A model generated the notes under the pieces. The model saw only the letters and a program-made list of their open reading frames with translations, had not been told where the DNA came from and searched no databases. Source: Macrostomum lignano (taxonomy: Eukaryota). Taken from it: DNA of 64,000 nt. How positions within the stretch are numbered: position 1 is the stretch's first letter; every line of letters starts with the position of its first letter. Below, piece by piece: positions 54,601 to 64,000 of this stretch. The stretch lies in contig NIVC01001510.1 of NCBI GenBank assembly GCA_002269645.1, positions 1 through 64,000 on the forward strand, written 5' to 3'. The translations under genes were made by a program, and so were the position numbers.

Positions 54601-57600
54601 AGGCTGGCGTTGGCCGGGTAGAACCGCGCGCTCTCTACAAATTCGACTGGCTGATCGGCCTGCTCGTTGAAGGTGGCCGCGAACTCAACGTAGGGAGCCT
54701 CGAGACGGTTCGAGCTGGCGTTGAAGCTGATCACCGAGCGGAAGGTGTCCAGGCCTCGCAGCTGCGGATGACGCGTTTTAGATTAGCAATCAATTGATCT
54801 ATAGATTAGCAATCAATTGATCTATAGATTAGCAATCAATTGATCTATAGATTAGCAATCCATTGATCTATAGATTAGCAATCCATTGATCTATAGATTA
54901 GCAATCCAGTTGTCTATAGATTAGCAATCCACTGGTCTATAGATTAGCAATCCAGTTGTCTATAGATTAGCAATCCATTGGTCTATAGATTAGCAATCCA
55001 GTTGTCTATAGATTAGCAATCCAGTAGTCTATAGATTAGCAATCCATTGGTCTATAGATTAGCAATCCAGTTGTCTATAGATTAGCAATCCAGTAGTCTA
55101 TAGATTAGCAATCCATCGGTCTATAGATTAGCAATCCATCGGTCTATAGATTAGCAATCCATCGGTCTATAGATTAGCAATCCATTAGTCTATAGATTAG
55201 CAATCCAGTTGTCTATAGATTAGCAATCCAGTAGTCTATAGATTAGCAATCCAGTTGTCTATAGATTAGCAATCCATCGGTCTATAGATTAGCAATCCAT
55301 CGGTCTATAGATTAGCAATCCATTGGTCTATAGATTAGCAATCCAGTTGTCTATAGATTAGCAATCCAGTAGTCTATAGATTAGCAATCCAGTTGTCTAT
55401 AGATTAGCAATCCAGTAGTCTATAGATTAGCAATCCAGTAGTCTATAGATTAGCAATCCATTGGTCTATAGATTAGCAATTCATTGGTCTATAGATTAGC
55501 AATCCATTGGTCTATAGATTAGCTTTCCACCTGCTATTAAATACGATTTGGCCCTAGAGTCAACAGTCAAGCCTTATAAGACATTATGACAGCATTTTAT
55601 CCCTATTTTCCCCAGCTTCCCCAATACTTACCGACTTGATAAAGCGGGCCACTGATCCCCCGCTGGTCCATGGCTGCAGCGGGTTGCAGCTGGAGTTGCT
55701 TTCACTGAAGGTCACCGCAGCCGATGCGCTTGTCAAGTTTTTGTACGCTTCAGACACGGCTAACAGAGCCTCCGTGAATCGCATTTCTATGCTCTGGAAA
55801 TGCGAGCAAGTGGTTAAAGTTGGACTAGTTGTGCTGATTATTAAACTAATAGACTAGTTGATGTAAACAGTCATTAGTCTAATCCTGCGTAAATTGAGAA
55901 GTCATTAGATCATAATCCAAATTAATATGGGATCCGAATACCTACTAATCTGGGATCAGAATCCCCACTTATATGAAATCAGAATCCTCACTAATCTGGG
56001 ATCAAAATCCCAACTAATCTGGGATCAGAATCCTTACTAATCTGGGATTAGAATCCTTAATAATCTGGGATTAGAATCCCTACTAATCTGGGATTAGAAT
56101 CCCTACTAATCTGGGATCAGAATCCTCACTAATCTGGGATAAGAATCCCTACTAATCTGGGATCAGAATCCTCACCAATCTGGGATTAGAATCCTCAATA
56201 ATCTGGGATTAGAATCCCTACTAATCTGGGATTAGATTCCCCACTAATCTGGGATAAGAATCCCTACTAATCTGGGATCAGAATCCTCACCAATCTGGGA
56301 TTAGAATCCCCACTAATCTGGGATTAGAATCCCCAGTAATCTGGGATTAGAATCCTCAATAATCTGGGATTAGAATTCTCAATAATCTGGGATTAGAATC
56401 CTTAATAATCTGGGATTAGAATCCCTACTAATCTGGGATTAGAATCCCTACTAATCTGGGATCAGAATCCTCACTAATCTGGGATAAGAATCCCTACTAA
56501 TCTGGGATCAGAATCCTCACCAATCTGGGATTAGAATCCTCAATAATCTGGGATTAGAATCCCTACTAATCTGGGATCAGAATCCCTACTAATCTGGGAT
56601 CAGAATCCCCACTAATCTGGGATCAGAATCCCTACTAATCTGGGATCAGAATCCCTACTAATCTGGGATCAGAATCCCTACTAATCTGGGATCAGAATCC
56701 CTACTAATCTGGGATCAGAATCCCTACTAATCTGGGATCAGAATCCCTACTAATATGGGATCAGAATCCCCACTAATCTGGGATCAGAATCCCAACTAAT
56801 CTGGGATCAGAATCCCTACTAATCTGGGATCAGAATCCCAACTAACACACGATCACTTCCTCCTTACCGTGACGCCGTCCCTGCCGCAGTGGGGGAAGAC
56901 GTCCCGCAGAGGCGGCGGGCACAGTGCAGCCCCCGTCAGCCCGGCTGTGGGGCTCCGAGCCACCAGGATGTTGGCGGCTCCCCAGGCGTCCAGCCGAGCG
57001 ATGGAGGTCAGCGCGGCCAGGCTGAGACCCGGTGAGTCCGGCAGCAGCCAGTGGAAGTCCTGGCGCAGCAGGCCTGCAGCCAGCGCCTGCGGGACGGGTG
57101 GGCAGGATGGGTTCGCAGGTGGGGCTTCGGGTGCTGCCGAAAGTCCATACAGATAGGCTGGACCATAGATCTCTGACAAGCGATCTTAAGAATTGGCATC
57201 ACAATAACAAAATTTAAGTTACGAGTAACATTGGGAACTCACTGTCTCCAGGATCTGAATCACGTTGTCCGCAGTGGCGAAGACCACATTGAATCGTACT
57301 CGACTTTTGCTCAGCCCGGTGAGAATATCGCTGAGATTTTTACCTGCCTCGAACTGGAAGGCCATAACGCTGATGCCGCTGGCTGAGAGGTCGTTCTGGA
57401 AGGCCTCGAGCAGCGGCAGACCTGTGAGGCGGTTGGAACGGCGTCAGAGTTCTTTGAGATTCCCTGAAGGCGAGTGACATACTGGACAGAGGAGTGAAAA
57501 TCTGTATATAAATCTCAAGGATGAGATTCTCAACTCGCATCTCAGGGATGAGATTCTCAAACTGGCATCTCAGGGGTGAGATTCTCGACTGGCATCTCAG

Positions 57601-60600
57601 GGATGAGATTCTCGACTGGCATCTCAGGGATGAGATTCTCAAACTGGCATCTCAGGGGTGAGATTCTCGACTGGCATCTCAGGGTTGAGATTCTTGACTT
57701 GCACCTCAGGGTTAAGATTCTTGACTTGCACCTCAGGGTTAAGATTCTTGACTTGCACCTCAGGGTTAAGATTCTTGACTTGCACCTCAGGGTTAAGATT
57801 CTTGACTTGCACCTCAGGGTTAAGATTCTTGACTCGCATCTCAGGGTTGAGACTATTGACTCGCATCTTAGGGGTGAGATTCTCGAATCATCGCATCTCA
57901 GGGTTGAGATTCTTCACTCATTTCTACGCCGGAACTCACTCTGGAATTTGTCGTAGAAGATGGCGGCGTCTGAAACCCGATGATACTTCAATGCCTCAAC
58001 GGATGCTCGAAGCAGCAGGCGGGGTTCCACAGCGCCGATAAGCTCGAACTCTGTGAACAGGTAAAGTAAACAGGCGGAATGCCGTTTGGGCAAATTCGCG
58101 CATTGCTCTGCTTAAATAATACCGGAAGAATCTACACACTACCGGAAGAAACTAATGGAAGAATCTACACACTCCAGGAAGAAAATACCGGAAGAAACTA
58201 CCAAAAGAATCTACACACTACAGGAAGAAACTACCAAAAGAATCTACACACTCCAGGAAGAAACTACCGGAAGAAACTACCAAAAGAATCTACACACTAC
58301 AGGAAGAAAATACCGGAAGAATCTACACACTCCAGGAAGAAACTACCAAAAGAATCTACACACTACAGGAAGAAACTACCAAAAGAATCTACACACTCCA
58401 GGAAGAAACTACCAAAAGAATCTACACACTCCAGGAAGAAACTACCAAAAGAATCTACACACTACAGGAAGAAACTACCAAAAGAATCTACACACTACAG
58501 GAAGAAACTACCAAAAGAATCTACACACTACAGGAAGAAACTACCAAAAGAATCTACACAATACAGGAAGAAACTACCGGAAGAAACTACCAAAAGAATC
58601 TACACACTACAGGAAGAAACTACCAAAAGAATCTACACACTCCAGGAAGAAACTACCAAAAGAATCTACACACTACAGGAAGAAACTACCAAAAGAATCT
58701 ACACACTACAGGAAGAAACTACCAAAAGAATCTACACACTACAGGAAGAAACTACCAAAAGAATCTACACAATACAGGAAGAAACTACCGGAAGAAACTA
58801 CCAAAAGAATCTACACACTACAGGAAGAAACTACCAAAAGAATCTACACACTACAGGAAGAAACTACCAAAAGAATCTACACAATACAGGAAGAAACTAC
58901 CAAAAGAATCTACACACTACAGGAAGAAACTACCAAAAAAATCTACACACTCCAGGAAGAAAATACCGACAGAATCTCTAGCTACTCGTACATGAAGCTA
59001 CAAACATATTGGACAAACCTGACTTGGATGTTGCGTCGCACAGGTCGTTAGGGATGACAATTGTTGGCAGTTCGAGGCTCCTGCCCAACCTCATCAGAGT
59101 CTCCATCAGCGAGCAGCTTCCAACCCCGATGATGCCGCTGAGACCGGTTTCTTGACAGACTGAATTAAAACAGAAATATTTTTTCGATATAGTTAAGAAT
59201 TCGAGCTTATACCAGCCGGCTTGTGACAGGAAAATGCTGGAAATTTGAACTGCCAACTAGATGAAGGATTTGGGTCACTCAATTACAGCATTGGAATGGG
59301 TCAGTAGAGAATGGGTCAGTAGGGGATGGGTCAGTAGGGAATCGGTCAGTAGGGGATCGGGGGATGAGTCAGTATGGGATGGGTCAGTAGGGGATCGGGG
59401 GATGAGTCAGTATGGGATGGGTCAGTAGGGGATCGGGGGATGAGTCAGTATGGGATGGGTCAGTAGGGGATCGGGGGATGAGTCAGTAGAGGATGGGTCA
59501 GTAGGGGATCGGGGGATGAGTCAGTATGGGATGGGTCAGTAGGGGATCGGGGGATGAGTCAGTATGGGATGGGTCAGTAGGGGATCGGGGGATGAGTCAG
59601 TATGGGATGGGTCAGTAGGGGATCGGGGGATGAGTCAGTATGGGATGGGTCAGTAGGGGATCGGGGGATGAGTCAGTATGGGATGGGTCAGTAGGGGATC
59701 GGGGGATGAGTCAGTATGGGATGGGTCAGTAGGGGATCGGGGGATGAGTCAGTATGGGATGGGTCAGTAGGGGATCGGGGGATGAGTCAGTATGGGATGG
59801 GTCAGTAGGGGATCGGGGGATGAGTCAGTAGAGGATGGGTCAGTAGGGGATCGGGGGATGAGTCAGTAGAGGATGGGTCAGTAGGGGATCGGGGGATGAG
59901 TCAGTAGAGGATGGGTCAGTAGGGGATCGGTCAGTAGGGGATCGGGGGATGAGTCAGTAGGGGATGGGTCAGTAGGGGATCGGGGGATGAGTCAGTAGAG
60001 GATGGGTCAGTAGGGGATCGGTCAGTAGGGGATCGGGGGATGAGTCAGTATGGGATGGGTCAGTAGGGGATCGGGGGATGAGTCAGTAGAGGATGGGTCA
60101 GTAGGGGATCGGTCAGTAGGGGATCGGGGGATGAGTCAGTATGGGATGGGTCAGTAGGGGATCGGGGGATGAGTCAGTATGGGATGGGTCAGTAGGGGAT
60201 CGGGGGATGAGTCAGTATGGGATGGGTCAGTAGGGGATCGGGGGATGAGTCAGTAGAGGATGGGTCAGTAGGGATCGGTCAGTAGGGGATCGGGGGATGA
60301 GTCAGTATGGGATGGGTCAGTAGGGGATCGGGGGATGAGTCAGTAGAGGATGGGTCAGTAGGGGATCGGGGGATGAGTCAGTATGGGATGGGTCAGTAGG
60401 GGATCGGGGGATGAGTCAGTATGGGATGGGTCAGTAGGGGATCGGGGGATGAGTCAGTAGAGGATGGGTCAGTAGGGGATCGGTCAGTAGGGGATCGGGG
60501 GATGAGTCAGTAGAGGATGGGTCAGTAGGGGATCGGGGGATGAGTCAGTAGAGGATGGGTCAGTAGGGGATCGGGGGATGAGTCAGTATGGGATGGGTCA

Positions 60601-61158
60601 TTAAGGGAATGGGTCAGTAGAATAACCATCAGGAGGTGGGTCATCTACAGGCACTGTGTTCGTGAAGGCCTAAATGCAGTCATGATTGCCTGTTTACCCC
60701 GTACAATCGCGCACCTAGATAAAGTTGATGAAGTCTTTATTTTGCTATCGACATGCAATTATCCCCAGATTAATTGAGGCCAATACTCCATAAAGTGTCA
60801 TTCAAGGCCTAACACACGACACCCGAACTGTAAGCAAATACCACCCGAGTTTTGTCTCAGATTAATGAGGATTATCGACTAGCGGATGCCCTTCCTCTGA
60901 CTCACCCAGTCTCGCCGCTGTCAAAGCGAGGCCCCTGCTGGCGTTAATTAGCCGATAATCCAGCGACTGGCCGGATCCCCGGGGCAAGACTCGCCAATTA
61001 TTGTTCACTAATCGGCTGACGGCCCGCTGGATCGTGTCGGGCGGCAGCGCCTCGTCCTCTATCACCATGGCAACCTTGAAGGCGGCGCAGTCAATGGGCG
61101 GAGCTGCCGACCAGAGCGACAAGAGGAGCAGCGAAATTGCAACCTGCCGGCTGTCCAT
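51601..61158 (-). CDS. Ionotropic glutamate receptor-like channel subunit, paralogue B, 13 exons, about 852 aa
   Basis: Exons 61158-60906, 59159-59019, 58050-57940, 57421-57243, 57086-56868, 55793-55632, 54761-54507, 53978-53872, 53759-53666, 53351-52937, 52822-52617, 52526-52354, 51844-51601; same intron positions and phases as A, 2559 nt. Motifs DFHWLL, GCIGEV, VVDFSFP, SLLQQG, AYTGNLTAYL, DSGL. Confidence 0.93.
51930..52300. repeat. 10-bp repeat (GGGAGTGACA), gene B intron 12
   Basis: Direct periodicity. Confidence 0.94.
53385..53470. repeat. 21-bp repeat (CTCTAACCACTCC[A/G]CCCTTAT), gene B intron 9
   Basis: 3-4 copies. Confidence 0.88.
54048..54265. repeat. 22-bp minisatellite (CTATAGATTAGCAATCCATTAG), gene B intron 7
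   Basis: Direct periodicity; same core as the intron 6 array. Confidence 0.93.
54778..55522. repeat. 23-bp minisatellite (TCTATAGATTAGCAATCCA[TTGG/GTTG]), gene B intron 6
   Basis: Direct periodicity. Confidence 0.96.
55930..56842. repeat. 23-bp minisatellite (CTACTAATCTGGGATCAGAATCC), gene B intron 5
   Basis: Direct periodicity. Confidence 0.96.
57518..57912. repeat. 27-bp minisatellite (GGGATGAGATTCTCGACTGGCATCTCA), gene B intron 3
   Basis: Direct periodicity. Confidence 0.93.
58110..58975. repeat. 33-bp A-rich minisatellite (GAAGAAACTACCAAAAGAATCTACACACTACAG), gene B intron 2
   Basis: Direct periodicity. Confidence 0.96.
59295..60620. repeat. 38-bp G-rich minisatellite (GGGATGGGTCAGTAGGGGATCGGGGGATGAGTCAGTAT), gene B intron 1
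   Basis: Direct periodicity built from shorter GG[G/A]TCAGTA subunits. Confidence 0.96.
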
Positions 61159-61409
61159 CTTCTAGCGATCAAAGCTGAGTGGGATAGCAGTTTCCCCGGG
61201 GCATTTTTATCCCCACAACGGGACCAATCGAAATAGAGACAGGCCGGATTGGCTCGCCAGATAATTAGCGATAGAACTAATGAGCGACACTTTTTTGAAT
61301 CTCAAAACAGATTTTTTTTTCATGAGAAGTTTAAAATATCATCTGCTTGTAGTGGAAATTCCTTGACCAGATCATAAGAATAAGATCAACTCTCTGCTAT
61401 ATCTAAGCT

Positions 61410-61770
61410 TGATTATATTCTCAACCCCACACTCACACACAACCCCAATTATATCCTCAACCCCACCCTCACACACAACCCCAATTATATCCTCAACCCC
61501 ACCCTCACACACAACCCCAATTATATCCTCAACCCCACCCTCACACACAACCCCAATTATATCCTCAACCCCAAACTCGATTCCAACCTTAATCCCGTCT
61601 TCAACCCCATCCTCAACCCCATCTTCGACCCCATCCTCGATCCCATCCTCAACCCCATACTGAACCCCATCCTCAACCCCATCCTCAGCCCCATCCTCAG
61701 CCCCATCCTCAACCCCATCCTCAACTCCATCCTCAACCTCATCCTCAGCCCCATCCTCAGCCCCATCTTC
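61410..61770. repeat. 36-bp then 12-bp (CCCCATCCTCAA) C-rich repeats between gene B and the mucin-like gene
   Basis: Direct periodicity. Confidence 0.9.
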
Positions 61771-62022
61771 AAAATATTTCCAATGACTAGATCAAGCAAC
61801 GCGTGAGTCACGCCATCTCCAGCCACCACAATTGACATTGGGCAGGTCTGTGCGTCACCTCAGGCGCCTGATTGTTCTCAGAGCTGAGCTATTCATAAAT
61901 AATTCAGCGACTGTCCAGTAGCTATTGGCATTGCCGCGACTCACAGCCTGGCAATATATAACGCAGTTGTGCACTCTCAGAATCAGGTTTGAGCATTTCA
62001 GATCTGAGACCTACTGGCTGAC

Positions 62023-64000
62023 ATGCTGACTGCAAAGCTGCTTGCTGTACAGGTGATCTTCTGCGTAGTTACCGGTGAGAGAAGACAATTGTCTAAACTT
62101 TCTCACCTTAGGTTGACTGTTGCTCAAAAACATTCAAGAAACCATGTAGAAACGTTTAAAGCTCGAACACTCGCATAAAAGTAACTTTATGAGGCCGTAG
62201 CCTAGTTGTCTAGCACGGCACTCTGATGTGCCAGCGGCCCAGGCTCGATTCCAAGTGCAGTCACATTAATTTGGGGCTAAATTGGAATGTCGGCTTGGGT
62301 CTGCTTGTGCAATGAACGCAATGGCACAGTGATGTGTACATGCTCAGTGCTTAGCCTAATTATAAATAAAGTTAGGGCCGCTGTGCACTCCTGTGTCAGT
62401 GTGTGCCTGTGCGTATGACTGCGTACGTATCCGCGCGCTTGTGTGTCTGCTCAGGGGATTCGGCAGAATGGGGCAGTAATGCCTCTCGCCGGTTGTGTGA
62501 CAATGTCGCTTAAAGTGCGCCAGGGTGCACACAGCCTCCTGCCTCCAACTGAAAATACAATTGTAACCTTCAAAAGTTCAATGACTGCGAGATAGGCGAG
62601 CTAAAAGCTTGTTAACACCGCCATCAAGTGAGCCATCAAACAAAGCCGCTGATGCAAACGACGGAGTTATATTTGCAGGCTGCGTGTGTGACATCGAGCA
62701 AGTTGGCCTCAATTGATGGCGGTGCGCCCTACTGTGAACGAGTCTTAAGCTGGTCACGAATAAACTCAGCGAAATGTTAAAGTTTCCACTCAGAAACCAC
62801 TGGTCAACTTTTCTCAGATCTCAGCCCCAAGTGACGCAATTCACACCGCACCCGCTGTTCTCGTCTCAACTGTTTTCGGGTGGAAACTTTGACACGTTGC
62901 CGAGTTCTCAAAATTTACTGCACACGTACATGTATTGCACATATTGTATCAGCGAATTAATGTCAAAACTGTAACGCACAGTCAACGCAGACTTCCTGCG
63001 CCTGGAGGCTAATGTGAGCATTCCCGGCGCGATGCAGCTACTCCTGAGCTACAACAGCACCGTCAATATTGCTCCTGCGACCATCGACCAGCTGACTGAG
63101 GCGCTGCTTCCGGCTGACCAGGGCGGCAAAAGCCAAGCCGCAGGCTGGCTGAGCCTATCGCGTCTGCTCACGGTCGGCCCCTATAATGTGTCACAAGTAG
63201 GTACATATTCAGCCTCTGATTTTAGCTCGCAGCTTACTCATAATTCTTCTAATGATTATGTGTTCATCAGCTGAAATTAATTTAACGGATAGGTTATAAG
63301 TGACACGTTGGAAACGACAACTAGTACGACGACCACCACTACCACAACGACTCAGACGACGACCACCATCACCACCACGACTCCAACCACCACCACCACA
63401 ACGACTCCAACGACGACGACGACCACAACGACTCCAACGACAACCACCACCACCACAACTCCAACGACGACGACCACAACGACTCCAACGACAACCACCA
63501 CCACCACAACTCCAACGACGACGACCATCACCACGACTCCAACGACGACGACCACCACGACTCCTACGCCGACCATGACCACGACTCCAACGACCACCAG
63601 GACTCCAACGACAACCACCACAACCACGACTCCAACGACGACCACGACCACAACGACTCCAACGACAACCACCACCACGACTCCAACGACAACCACCACA
63701 ACCACGACTCCAACGACAACCACCACAACCACGACTCCAACGACAACCACCACCACGACTCCAACGACAACCACCACAACCACGACTCCAACGACAACCA
63801 CCACAACCACGACTCCAACGACAACCACCACCACCACGACTCCAACGACAACCACAACCACGGCTCCAACGACAACCACCACAACCACGACTCCAATGAC
63901 AACCACCACAACCACGACTCCAACGACGACCAACACAACCACGACTCCAACAACCACCACCACGACTCCAACGACAGCCACCACAACCACGACTCCAACG
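62023..64000 (+). CDS. Mucin-like secreted or membrane protein, partial: candidate signal exon 62023-62074, exon 62991-63196, Thr/Pro-rich exon from about 63293 running off the window
   Basis: MLTAKLLAVQVIFCVVT G|gtgaga; cag|AC FLRLEANVSIPGAMQLLLSYNSTV..NVSQ|gtaggt; more than 230 codons of (T)nP with varied ACN codons in one unbroken frame. Intermediate exons not resolved. Confidence 0.65.
62191..62555 (+). mobile_element. tRNA-derived SINE family 1 copy
   Basis: GAGGCCGTAGCCTAGTTG..GGCTCGATTCCAAGTGCAGTCACATTAATTTGGGGCT..AAAGTGCGCCAGGGTGCACACAGCC. Confidence 0.88.

Noticed and set aside
58079-59051. About 300-aa K/T/E-rich ORFs
   Set aside because: A 33-bp minisatellite inside intron 2 of receptor B, on the antisense strand.
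63352-63998. Poly-Val minus-strand ORFs
   Set aside because: Antisense shadow of the Thr-rich mucin-like exon.

Overview
Eukaryotic, intron-rich animal DNA with GC-rich exons and introns full of private minisatellites. The style resembles a free-living flatworm such as Macrostomum, which is an inference only. The main content is two tandem, full-length, 13-exon paralogues of a divergent ionotropic glutamate receptor-like channel on the minus strand (A 50089-31194, about 848 aa; B 61158-51601, about 852 aa), rebuilt here exon by exon with consistent GT-AG phases. Intron 4 of gene A holds a very young, complete Ty3/Gypsy LTR retrotransposon (38505-47411; 992-bp apparently identical LTRs, ATAA TSD) inserted 9 nt after the splice donor. 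Plus-strand genes are a FANK1-like ankyrin last exon, a 2-exon Ser/Thr kinase, a secreted Ly6/three-finger-like GPI protein, a 2-exon orphan rhodopsin-class GPCR and the start of a mucin-like gene. There are two tRNA-derived SINE families (one with a CORE domain) and about 30 tandem arrays. The best leads are the non-canonical ligand and gate residues plus RFX X-box promoter of the receptor pair (a candidate ciliated-sensory-cell receptor family), exon-restricted gene conversion between the paralogues, a palindrome-built LTR enhancer, a canonical -1 frameshift signal, and independent minisatellite colonisation of homologous introns. No CRISPR, rRNA or true tRNA genes were seen. All coordinates and alignments were read by eye.
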